Origin: Azolla caroliniana
Taxonomy: Eukaryota; Plantae; Polypodiophyta
Direction of reading: 5' to 3'
NCBI GenBank assembly: GCA_043228905.1
Contig: JBHGNT010000041.1
Coordinates: forward strand, 1-64,000
Length of the DNA: 64,000 nt
Shown: positions 51,586 through 63,626 of the stretch, in pieces
How positions within the stretch are numbered: the first letter of the stretch is position 1
Layout of the letters: each line of letters begins with the position of its first letter
Notes under the pieces: generated by a model
What the model saw: only the letters and a program-made list of their open reading frames with translations
The model's database searches: none
What the model was told of the DNA's origin: nothing
Program-made: the position numbers and the translations under genes

Positions 51586-53471
51586 TTGCTGGATCGATTC
51601 TGGCATAGTAAAGTGCGAATCGGCCAAGCTCAGATGGTAGAGCATAAGGCTCTTAAACTTTTGGTCATGGGTTCGAGCCCCATGGCCGACGTTGCTTACC
51701 ATGCAAGATTTTCATGAAACTCTAGATACATGGAAGTACATAATAACCACGTCATCAAAGTCCACATGGCCAACCTAGTTTAGATGGTAGAGGGCAAAGT
51801 TCTTAACCTTATGGTCATGGGTTTGTGCCCCATGGCTGGCGTGCTTGCCATATAAGATGTTCATGGAACTCTAGATCCATGAAAGTACTTAACAATTACA
51901 TTGTCAAGTCGACACAGGCATTTCTTGCCACATAAAAATGTGTATTGAACTCTACATGTCAGATTGGTATTATTGGCCATGCAAAAAACACACTCTACAT
52001 GCTTGACATGCACTCCTTGCCACGTAAAATGTTCAGTATGTGAAAGGCTTTTTGTTATCTAGCTGGCCTAGCTTAGATGGTAGAGCACAAGGCTCTTAAC
52101 ATTGTGGTTATGGGTTTGAGCCCCATGGTTGGCGTTTCTTACCATGTAAACTATTAATTGAATTGTAAAACAATAGAGTATTTAACAAACATGTCAGCAT
52201 AAGCTCAATACCCCTGTCTAAAGAGCATTTCTTGCTTGCCACATAAAGTGTATATCAAACTTTGCATCTTCGAACATTTCTTGCCACATAAAATGTATAA
52301 CATGCCTGACATGCATTGCGTGCCACGTAAAATGTTTATGGCACTCTAGGTAGATAGAAGTATGTCGTCAAGCCCGCCTAGCTCATATGATAGAGCGCAA
52401 GGCTCTTAATGTTGTGGTCATGAGTTTAAGCCCCATGGCTAGCGTTGCTTACAATGTAAGATGTTCATGAAACTCTAGATACATGAAAGTACATAATAAG
52501 CACATTATCAAGTTCACATGGCTAGCCTAGTTTAGATGGTAGAGGGCAAGGCTCTTAACCGTATGGTCATGGGTTCTAGCCCCCTATCTCATATGCTAGA
52601 GCGCAAGGCTCTTAACCTTCTGGTTAGGGGTTTGAGCCCCATGGCCGGTGTCTCTTACCACGTAAAATGTTCATTGAATTGTAGATCAATGAAAGTATTT
52701 AACAAACATGTCAGGCTAGCTTAAATGGTAGAACCTCATGGTTGGCATTGTTTCCCATGTAAAATCTTCATGGAACTCTAGATTCATAAAGGAACATAAC
52801 AAACATGTCAGCATAGGCTCAATACCCATGTTTGAAGAGCGTTTCTTGCCACATATAATGTATATCGAACTCTACATGTGGGAAGGGCATTTTTGGCCAC
52901 ATAAGATGATTTTGGAACTCTACATGCTTGATATGCATTGTTAGCCCTGGTTGAAGGGAGAATATGAACAAACAAAAGAAAAAGAAAGATATATTGAAAT
53001 GGTGGAGTTTTATCTGAGAATTAGTCTTGACGTAACAAGTATTAGGAGGAGATAAAGATACACCTGTAATACTAGGAACGTGGAAGCTTTTTTCTTATCG
53101 AGGAAGATGGGTTTGTTTTTAAATATACCACATATTTTTATCTAGATAGACCTTTCTCTGACTATTCATTGCGGAATTACATGCGTTGACCAACCTTGTT
53201 AATTAAGCTTGGATTATTGCTCGGTGAAAACAATGTTTATGGCACTCTAGGTAGATGAAATACGCAAACAAGCATGTTGTCAAGCCGTCCTAGCTCAGAT
53301 GGTAGAATGCAAGGATCTTAACCTTGTGGTCCTGGGTTCAAGCCCCACGGTTGGAGTTGCTTAGAATGCAAGATGTTCATGAAACCCTAGATACATGAAA
53401 GTTTATAATAACCACGTCACCAAGTCCAAAAACAGGGCCAACCTAGTTTAGATGGTAGAGGGTGGCTAGTG
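51513..53471 (+). repeat. Tandem array of about 10 degenerate tRNA-Lys(CTT)-derived units with shared spacers
   Basis: Units at 51513, 51619, 51769, 52062, 52372, 52521, about 52584, about 52714 (internally deleted), 53284 and 53437 (internally deleted). The consensus GCCGGCCTAGCTCAGATGGTAGAGCGCAAGGCTCTTAACCTTGTGGTCATGGGTTCGAGCCCCATGGCTGGCG closely resembles plant tRNA-Lys-CTT. Confidence 0.88.
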
Positions 53472-53490
53472 TTGCTTGCCATGTAAGATG

Positions 53491-55197
53491 TGTTGGCATA
53501 AAAGCCTGACTCCTTCCAATTTGTATTCGGCTTAGTATTCGGCTTAGTGTGAACTCGTCCACATAGTTAAGGCTTAGTATATAAGCAATAACCTGACGTT
53601 GTAGAGAAGAGATAGATATATACACATTGTATCAAGGCTCTGAGAGAGAGAGAGAACGTAATAAAGCTTTCCATTAAAGCTCATTTCTGTGTAAGTCTCC
53701 GCCTTCCTCCCCTTCTGTGTTGTTTTCCGACATACGCAAACAGGTTCTCATACGCTTCCGCATATGCACACACACCTACCAAACTTTCTACAACTGGTAT
53801 CAGAGCATCCTTGCTATTCGGCAGCAATAACCTGACGTTGTAGAGAAGAGATAGATATATACACATTGTATCAAGGCTCTGAGAGAGAGAGAGAACGTAA
53901 TAAAGCTTTCCATTAAAGCTCATTTCTGTGTAAGTCTCCGCCTTCCTCCCCTTCTGTGTTGTTTTCCGACATACGCAAACAGGTTCTCATACGCTTCCGC
54001 ATATGCACACACACCTACCAAACTTTCTACAACTGGTATCAGAGCATCCTTGCTATTCGGCAACAGACAACAGAAGAAGCTCAAAAGAAAAGATGAGGTC
54101 AGTAAAAATCTCAGTTTTCATAGAAGAATATGGCTTCAACATCCGGAACATGAGTTGAAATCAGAATGTTCGATGGTAAAAATTTTGCACTCTGGAAGGA
54201 GATGATGTAGGATGTTCTGATCATCAGAAGACAAGTCAAAACTATTCGACACAACGAAAAACCCGCTTCGATGACAGTCGAAGAGTGGAAATCGATGGAT
54301 GAAATTGCACGCTCCACCATCCGAATGCATTTGGCCGAAAACGTCTACTTCAGCATGGCAAAAGAGACTACAACGTTCTCACTATGGGAGAAGTTACAAG
54401 TTGTGTATGAGAAGAAGTCCTCATCTTCGAAACTGATTTTGATCAAACAACTTTTCAACATAAAGATGAGAGAAACCGATTCAACTACCTCCCACATCAA
54501 CACCTTCAGCCGGGTCTTGTCAGAATTCTCCTCACAAGGGATCAACTTCGAAGAAGAAGTGAAAGCCCTTGCCCTCCTATCCAGCTTGCCGGCGAGTTGG
54601 GAGGTATTCTGCACGACATACGCCAATAGTCGACTGATCCTAAATCTGGATGAGACGATCGGCCAAGTCCTCACTGAGGACATTCGGCGAAAATTGATGG
54701 GACTTGCCATTGATGAATCGGTAGAAGCCCATCACTCGACTGAATCGTTCGACCGATAGAGTCGTATGAGAGAACAAGCCGACAAAATCGTTCGGAATAC
54801 CAACCGATCAAAAACGAGGGGAGACCGACAACGATTGAAGTCGAGAACGGGCCGATTAGGCGAATTCTGCACACATTGCAGAAAAGCAGGGCACAATGTT
54901 TTTCCAACTCTTGGTCAATCAAGAGGAAAGAGAATGGTCGCCGATCTGAGTGAAATTGAGGTAGACCCGATTCAGACCACTCTCCAGCTGGCAACCAAAT
55001 CAACGTTGTCGACTCTCCATCGGGAGAAATTCTCTCCTTAGAGGACTCTATGATCGGGGAAGTCCTCTATAGTGCACAAGAAGCACACACGTGGTTACTG
55101 GATTCCAGTGCCACATTTCACGTGACCCCAAACATAGAAGGTTTTAGAACTATTTGGCCGACACCAGCGACACAGTCAGTCTGGGAAACGAGTAGGA
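53491..55197 (+). mobile_element. Degenerate Ty1/copia element D (5' LTR, PBS, gag, start of protease)
   Basis: LTR at 53491-53792 (tgttgg..ctaca), PBS tggtatcagagc at 53795-53806, gag FDGKNFALWK/ARSTIRMHL and WLLDSSATFH. It is interrupted at 55198. Confidence 0.85.
53584..54061 (+). repeat. 239-bp tandem duplication of the LTR 3' part plus PBS
   Basis: 53584-53822 matches 53823-54061, giving a second PBS at 54034-54045. Confidence 0.9.
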
Positions 55198-58100
55198 TGT
55201 TAACTCTTAGGGCCGGACAATGGCCTAACACAGGGTGTCTACGGAAGACACTTCACCAAAGGGGTGTTACGGCAAGAGGATTAGGCTCAACGATTAATTC
55301 GACTTAATTAGGTTACTTAGCAAGATCGTCCTTAATAATCACACGCGTAAGATATAACAATGAATGCAGAACGGCAATTAACACAGAGAGATAAAACGCT
55401 AAGCTTCATTAATTATCCGCTCCACATTACATTGTATCCGGGCCTTTAAATAGGTTTCCGATTTGTAGTACAAAACAGTGCCATCCGCACCTGTTCGGGA
55501 TCGGTCCGGATCCGGAACGACATACCGATTCCGGTCCGTCCGTCCACACTAATAGCTCACTTACAACCATTCCTTAGTAATTAAATAACTCCTTCGTTTC
55601 ACACTCTGGTCTCCTTTGCCGGCCGGTAACACATGGCACGCCCGTGGGACAGTACCTTGTACGTCGAATCCACCATCCGACCCTTGCTATTCTTCATCCA
55701 AAATATCCAGAATGCTTTGTTCGAGAGTCTCCAATGGTTCATCTGGAATTGGTTGTTGTTGTGGTTGTTGTTGTTGTTGTTGCTGCTCCGTTGATGGCTC
55801 TTGCGACTGGTCCGTTGGTGGCTGCTGCGGCTGCTCCTCCGTTTGTTGCTCTGACACCGACGTTACCGTCGTTGCTCCCTCTGTCGTAGTGGTCTCTGGT
55901 TGACTGGTTCCGGCTTGGCCCTCGTCCGACGACGGTTGCTCATCACTAAGGTTAACCGTTGCCGCTTCCCGTGCTTTTTCTTCCCGAACCCGGGACCACT
56001 CGTAGCTCTCAAACTGGATTTGAGCGTCCAGCCTATCATCGTCTAGCTGAGCTACGAGTTGCCGGACGTGCACCAGCTGTTCATCCGCCAGGACTTGGAA
56101 GTCTTCGGCCAGCTCATCCCGTATGGCGGTGAAGTCCTCGGAAGTCAACGTGTAACAATCATCTCCTTCCTTCCGCCGATTTTCCACGTCTGCCCGTAGC
56201 AATTGGAGTTCCGTCGTATTTTGTGCCCACTTTGTCCACCATCTTATGGAGCTTTCGTCAATCAAGCGTTTTGTCTGATTCAGCCATGCCCGGAGGATGC
56301 ACTGAATCCGGCCCGTTCCCATCTGCGATTTGATCTCCGCAGCTTGCCGTTCCTCCTTCAATTGCTTGATGATTTTGATGTTGTCATCCGCCTGCTCCTT
56401 GTAATGCGTCAATTACCCTTGATATGTGCTTTGTAATTTTTGCAATACCGTTGACGCTCTCTCCCTTTCTTCCTGCTGCTGCCTTTGGAGCTCCATCCGG
56501 ACCTTCTCCGCCTCGTCCAACCGTCTTGTATTTTCCGCTCGTTCGTCGGCGAGCGCCGTTGCGGCCCGATCAACTTCCTGCCGGAGCTCGACCATCCGTT
56601 CCTTATGCTCCGTTTCCAGCCGTTTGTAGTCCCGGTGCAGGTGCTCAAAATCATCTGTCTTTTCCTTGAGCCGTACGTTGATCTGTCGACGGGCCCGGTC
56701 CTCGCGGTCCTTCTGCTGGTGGAGCTCCTCGTTTAGCCGTTCAATTTCCGTTTCCGCCGTCTTCCGCAACTTGTCCTTTTCCTACAGCACTTTGTCTTTT
56801 TCCTCCCTTAGCCGGTCGTAAGCTTGATGGCCTTTCCGAAGGCTCTCCTCTGCCCGGCGGAGGTTCTCAGCAGTCTTCTTTAATTCTGCTTCGGCTGCTG
56901 TCTTCTATTCCTGTTCACGGCTCCTTAGCGCTTCTTGTGCGGCAAGTTCATCTCTCAATTCCGCAAGCTCCTGGGCTTGCACCGCATCTCTCTCTGGAAC
57001 GGTTTCCGTTGCCGGGGTCTTATTAGTATGTATAGGTTGGTCTGTTTCTTTATTCTGTACACTTACCGGAGTCACCGGTGCTTGGATCTGTGTTGCCGTT
57101 AAGGCCATTTTAGCCATTTCTGCCGTGACCTGATCCAAGTCTTTTTCAAGGCACCGGATTCTGGATTGGGCCGTCTCTAGTTGTTCGGTTGTGACGAGCA
57201 ACCGTTCGCTTTGCGTTCTTTCTTCCGCCTCAATATACCCCATTGCTCCGGCAATCTGTTCGCCTATCCACCGGAGCCACAGGCTACCGGTGCATTGTTG
57301 TTGCGCTTGCACGGAGGTTTGACGGATGGGCTCGCTTGTGGGTGGGTGGTCCCGCCTGATTGCGCCGAGTTGCAATTCCGTTTCTGCCCGTGGACCACCC
57401 AACTGTCCTGGTTCCCCTTGCGCTTCTTCTTGGTTGGCCGAGGGAGGCTGCATTGACCTTTCCGGCTCTGGCGGAACGGGACTTGCCAGTGGTGCCGGTG
57501 GTGTAGGGGCTTCTGATTCCGGTGCCATGCGCACCGGTTCCGGTTCCTCCCTTGGCGTGGGAGTCTCAGTATGGGGAGCCGATGTTCCCTCCGTTTGAGG
57601 GTCTGAACGTTTCCCGGCTGCCTCAACAGTCCTTGCCGATGACCGTCGCTGGAGGTGCTCCGTAGGCTCCTCCTCTATTTCCTCTTCCTGAGTCTCGGCA
57701 TTGAGTTTCGCCGCCAAGGGGTCCACTTCTCTATTCACCGGTCGGCGGAGTGTAATCTTTACGGGCCGTACCGGTGGTTCCACTTGCGCATCTGTTGGCC
57801 GCTTCCGGCTGGCGCTCTCCTTTCCCGCTTGTTCTGCGTCCGCTGCCTTCCCCTTAGTGGCCTTAGAGGCCAACAACTGTTGTCTTTTGGAAGCAGTCTT
57901 TGGGGTGCCGTCCGCCACTCTTCCCCGCTTCTTGGGCTGGACGGGCTGGACGGGTGGCACAAGCAAGGTGAGCCACTGCGTTACTGCGTGCCATATCTTC
58001 CGTCCGTCTCGGCCTTCTTTGCCGTCTTTTCCTCTGACGATCTCGATCGCCGCACACAAACCGTCTGCGATCAATACCGGCCAATCCACCTTGATCCCTT

Positions 58101-58774
58101 CATAGGTGGCGATGATCATCCCTGCCCGGTTCTGCGGCATGACAGGGGGTCTAGGGTACACATGGCCGTATTCGTGGAGCACACGGGCAATCTCGCGGAA
58201 CAACATATCTCCGCCGCCCTGTGTCTGGTAGCCCTTGCTGCCTAGGGAGTACTCACCAAAATACTTGATGAGTTGCTCCGAGGTCAGATTGTCGATCGTG
58301 AATATGCCTCCCTCCGGACAGTCTGTTAACGCACGGATCACCTCCTCCGTTATGACCTCTGTGTCGATTTCTTTGATCACCTTGTCGGCTTCTTTGTGTG
58401 GCGGTGCCTCCATAATCGTCAAGATGCCCTCGAGCTCGTGTTGCTTTAGCCATTTCTTGGCGGCTTCCGACAGCGTTTGCGGGTCCATGTCTGTGTCGAG
58501 GTCGGATTGTGGTGGTGAGGTTGGATGGTGATGAGAGTGAGAGTGAGAGTGAGAGAGAGAGAGTTCAGAAAGCGGGGGTTCTCTGCGCGTAGGTTCTCGT
58601 CTGATGATATTCCAACGCCTTGGTGCTTCTGTGCTCCTGGGTTCGCGAAATGAGAAGGTCTCCATGCGCTGTGGTTTTTCTTTGTGCATTCTGGCACCTT
58701 TTTCGAGCGTGTGCATGTCGTGTGCTAAAATAGTATTATGTCCTATGGCGGCGCTTAAATGCCCACTACGTACC
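55198..58774. mobile_element. Non-chromovirus gypsy-type element: LTR, tRNA-Arg PBS-like site and a large extra ORF
   Basis: LTR at 55198-55631 (tgttaac...ggtaaca), followed after 2 nt by tggcacgcccgtgggac (55634-55650). It is inserted in the copia D protease. Confidence 0.75.
55687..58716 (-). pseudogene. About 1000-codon retrotransposon extra ORF (globular N-terminus, Pro-rich linker, long coiled coil) with 3 in-frame stops
   Basis: ORFs 58716-56905, 56769-56413 and 56412-55687 share one frame, with stops at 56905, 56782 and 56413. It has a GIKVDWPVLIA motif and an E/K/R/Q-rich heptad region. Confidence 0.75.
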
Positions 58775-61700
58775 TGTTGAGAACTCGACGTTCCTTATGT
58801 TCGACGCTCAGCCACAACCGAGATTCTTTTCATACACAGAAAAACAGGTAATGAAACGCGACACAAAAGGGGAGAAATGGTACACAGGAGGTTTACGTGG
58901 AAAACCCCAAAATAGGGGAAAAACCACGGCAGCCCACAGGCTGCAAACTGTCACTATGTAGGAATATACAACAGTGAGTTCACTGAGGCAACGACCTCGT
59001 GCTCTCAGATCTTCGCCACAGGCGGCAATTACAACGGAGGCAACGACCTCGTCTCTCTCTCTCTCTCTCTCTCTGTACAGTTACGCCCTCTCGCTTCTTC
59101 TTGCACCAACAAGGAAGAATAACAACAACAAAAAAAAACACACCTAAAAGTTTGCCCTAAGTCATATTTATACTAATATGACTTTTCGGCTATTTACAAA
59201 TGTAGCCTCGATGGGCTCTCAGAAACATATTTACGAATATCTCTCTTCCTCCGGTTCATACCGGGCCTACACCATCCGGCTCTTCGTAGTCGGGTACTCC
59301 CCATCCGGTTCATACCGGGCCCACACCATCCGGCTCTCCGCAGTCGGGTACTCCTCATCCGGTTCATACCGGGCCTACACCATCCGGCTCTCCGCAGTCG
59401 GGTACTCCTCATCCGGTTCATACCGGTTCGGCCTCGGCCTGTCGGCACTGTTCTTCTCCCTTCCCATCCGGAGGGACCTGTCTCCCAACAAACTCCCCCT
59501 TCACTCCGGCATGGGGTGTCTTTCCAGCCCGATCCTCTTCCGGCATGCGTCCAGCTTGTCGGGTGTCAACACTTTGGTCAGCATATCTGACCCGTTCTCG
59601 GCCGTGTGGATCTTCGTCAGTGCGAACTCCTGGTCATCTACCCTTTCCCGGATCCAGTGATACCTCCGTTGGATATGCTTCGTCCGGGAATGGTAGGCCG
59701 CATTCTTAGCAAGGTGGATGGCACTTTGACTGTCGCAGTAGAGTCGGTATTCCTCTTGCCGGATACCGAGCTCTCCGATGAAGTCCTTCATCCATAATAT
59801 TTCCTTGCCGGCTTCTACAGCCGCCATGTACTCCGCCTCTATGGTTGACAATGCAACCGTCTTCTGCAGCCTCGACTGCCACGAAACAGCTCCCCCTGCA
59901 TATGTCATCACATACCCGGATGTAGACCGGCTGGTATCCACATCAGCTGACATGTCCGAATCTGTGAAACCGTCCAGTTGAGGTTTCCCGGAGCCGAATC
60001 GGAGACACATATTTGAAGTGCCCTTCAAATATCGGAGTATCCATTTGACCGCGTTCCAATGCTCCTTGCCGGGATTACTCATGAACCGACTCACCACTCC
60101 GACTGCGTATCCAATGTCCGGTCGGGTACAAACCATTGCGTACATCAAGCTCCCGACGGCAGAGGCATATGGAATCTTCATCATATCTTCCTTCTCTCCT
60201 TTTGTCTTCGGGCTTTGCTTGCCGGACAACTTGCAGTTTGCCGGAAGTGTCGATCCGACCGGTTTTGCATCTGACATGTTGAACCGGTGAAGCACCTTTG
60301 TCACATACTTCTCCTGTGACAGCCATAATTGCTTCACTGACCGGTCCCGAATGATGTGCATCCCCAACATCCGTCTTGCCGGACCCAAGTCTTTCATTGA
60401 GAAGGTCCGGTTGAGAGCCTTCTTCAGCATCCGTATTTTGCCTTGGTCTCGTCCGACGATCAACATGTCATCCACGTACAGGAGAAGTATCAGGAAGTCC
60501 CCTCCTTCGAACTTCTTCACGAACACGCAGTGATCGGCCTGCGTCTTATGGTACCCTTGATCGGTCATGAAGGAGTCGAACTTCCGGTACCATTGCCGGG
60601 GAGCCTGCTTAAGTCCGTACAGGCTCTTCTTCAACCGGCATACCAGGTGCTCCTTCCCTTTCTCCACAAATCCTTCCGATTGCTGCATGTAGATTTCCTC
60701 TTCGAGGTCGCCGTGAAGGAATGCCATCTTCATGTCCAGCTACTCTACCTCGAGATCCATGCTTGCTGCTATACTCAGCACCGTCCGGATGGAGGTCATC
60801 TTTACTACTGGGGCGAATATTTCGTCGAAGTCCACACCCTTCTTCTACTGGAACCCCTTCACCACGATCCTGGCTTTGTATCTCGGGGGGTTGCCGGCAT
60901 CTCCTGGTTTCAACTTGAACACCCACTTGTTTCGGAGTGCCCACTTTCCTTTCGGCAGCTCCACCAATTCGTACGTATGGTTCTCATGCAGGGAATCCAT
61001 CTCATCCTGCATGGCACTTAACCATTTTCGGCTATGGGTGTCTTCCTTCGCTTCTTCGAAGCTTTCCGGCTCCCCCTCATCGGTCAGCAGGACATGCTCT
61101 GCATCTGGAAATCTCCGAGGCGCCCTTCTCTCTCTGAGAGGATATCTACGTCTTCGGGCTTCGGTAACCGGTTCCTCCATTTGCTCTTCATCCGAATCCG
61201 ATTCGAGGTCTTGACCGGTTCCGGTCTCAGCTTCCTCTACTTCTTCTTCTGCCGGTTCGGTATCCTCACCGTAACCGGCTGGTTCCTTGAGTGCTAACCG
61301 GTCTCTTGCCGGTTGGGTCTGCTCATTGTAGAGTCTATCCTTACCGGTCGACTCGGAGTTCATTACCTTCTTCTCCGACTCCCAGTCGGCGAGCGTCTTG
61401 TCCTCCATGAAGATAATATCTCGACTCCGGAATACCTTCTTGTCGACCGGGTCCCACACTCGGTAGCCGAACTCATCGTCACCGTAACCGAGGAATATGC
61501 ATGGCCGGGTCTTTGGATCTAACTTTCCTCTCCGGTCCTTTGCTACATGCGCGTACGCGAGACACCCGAACACCCTCAGATGCCGGTAGGACACTTCCTT
61601 ACCGGTCCATACTCTCTGTGGCGTGTCTCCGTCCAAGGGCACTGAGGGTGATCTGTTTATCACATATGTCGCCGTCGACAGTGCCTCAGCCCAAAACTTC

Positions 61701-63557
61701 TTGGGTAGTTTTGCATGCGCTAGCATACTCCGAACCCTCTCCATTATGGTCCGGTTCATCCTCTCGGCCAGTCCGTTTAGTTCCGGCGTCTTCGGCACGG
61801 TAAATTCGAGCTGGATTCCCTTCGAGCGGCAGTACTCCTCGAACTGCCCCCGGTACTCACCTCCGTTATCTGCTCGAACCGCCTTCAGCTTCCGGCCGGT
61901 TTCTCTTTCCACTCTCGCGTGGAGCTCTTTGAAGACTAATAACACCTGATCCTTCGTCTTCAGCGGTGTGTCCCACAGCTTCCGGCTGTGGTCATCTATG
62001 AACGTCACGAAGTACTGCGCTCCGACATGTGACTTCGTGTCTACTTGACAAACATCCGTATGCACCAACTCCAGTGGTGCATTACGTCTCATCGGTGGCC
62101 TTGGTCGGAAGGAGGTCCGGTTCTGCTTACCGGCCAGACAATCAGTGCACTTCTCTAAGTGCACGTTCTTCACTGGAATGAGGTTGTCGTCTCCAAGCCT
62201 CTTCATCCCCTTCTCACTCATGTGACATAGCCTCTTGTGCCACAGCTCACCGGTAGTGTCGGAAGCCACGTTCACTTCTTCCGGACATAACCGGGCATTC
62301 ATCAGGTACAGTGTGTTTACCTTCCGGGCCCGAGCCACAATCAGGCTCCCTTTGCTGAACTTCATGACACCGTTCCGGATGCTACCCGTGTAGCCTTCAT
62401 CATCCAGCCGACCGGCTGATATCAGGTTCAGACGAACTTCCGGAACGTGTCGGACATCCTTCAACAGCAACTTGCATCCGGTTGGTGTTGTCAGCCACAC
62501 ATCTCCTATGCCGACAATTCGGCATGTTCCTTCATTCCCCATCCGGACACAGCCGTGATCACCGGCTGAGTAGGATGAGAAGCATTTCCGGTCCGGGGTA
62601 AGGTGGAACGACGCTCCGGAGTCTACCACCCAGGTCATCTCGTCGCCGGCATGGTTTATCTCACTCTCCTCGGTGATGAGCATCAACTCCTCTTCACTTG
62701 CCGCAATTGCCGTCGTTCCCTTCCGGTCCGGCCCCCTCCGGGCTTTACCGTTCCGGTTCGGGGTTTGCTTCGAATCGGTACCGTCGGTTTCCTTGTCTTT
62801 ACGGAAATGCCGACAGTTCTTTTGGAAGTGTCCCGGCTTGCCGCAATAGAAGCAAGTAGGCCTCCCCCTTGACTTTGACCGTGTCCCCGACTTCTCCCGG
62901 TTTTGGGGACTACGGTTTCTATGTCTTCCGCGTTCTGATTCGGTAAGGAGCGCTTTGGAGTCGGAGCTCGTATCTTTGTCTTTCCGACGAGCCTCCTCAT
63001 CTAGCAAGCTCGACTTTACTCTTGCTAGGGATAACCGTTTTCCTTCCGGCCCGGCGTTGCCCAAAGTGACAACCAACGTCTCCCAACTATCCGGGAGGGA
63101 ACCGAGCAGGAGTAGTGCTAGGACCTCATCGGCAAGAGGTACTTCCAATGACGTTGCCTGGTGAATCAGCCCTTGGAAGGCATTCATATGCTCCGCCATG
63201 CTGGAGCCATCTTGGTACCGGAGTCTTACTAGCTTCCGGAATACCGACACCTGATTGACAGCATTTTTGTTCTGGAACATTATGCCGATCTTCTCCCAGA
63301 GCTCCTGAGACTTGCTCTCTTCATTGAAGTTGTTGTACAGGCTCATGTCGATGAAGCACCGTATGTACGCCGTTGTCTTCATGTGCATCACCTCCCATAT
63401 CGCAGCGTCGATTTTGTCCGGTCTCTTGTCCCCGAACTGAACCGGCAGCCAGAGGTCTTTAACCACGAGCATGTCCCTCATCTTCGACTTCCACACTGAA
63501 TAGTTGGAGCCGGTGAGCTTGAAAATGCCACCAAACGATTCGTCCATTTTCTGTGTC
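58775..63557 (-). mobile_element. Ty1/copia element E, lacking its 5' LTR and PBS
   Basis: 3' LTR at 58775-59490 plus PPT. Gag-pol at 63547-59501 is nearly intact, with stops at about 60845 and 60740. Non-LTR sequence lies directly upstream of the ATG context acacagaaaatg. Confidence 0.92.
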
Positions 63558-63626
63558 GATTTTGATTTCGCTTTTGCATGATTACTTCGCTTTTTTAAAA
63601 ATAAATAAATAAATTGTAGTGTGAGG

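Noticed and set aside
51513-53471. CRISPR array or functional tRNA gene cluster
   Set aside because: The repeats are tRNA-derived, the spacers are related to each other, and there are no cas genes in this eukaryotic context. Most units have broken stems or boxes and no terminator.
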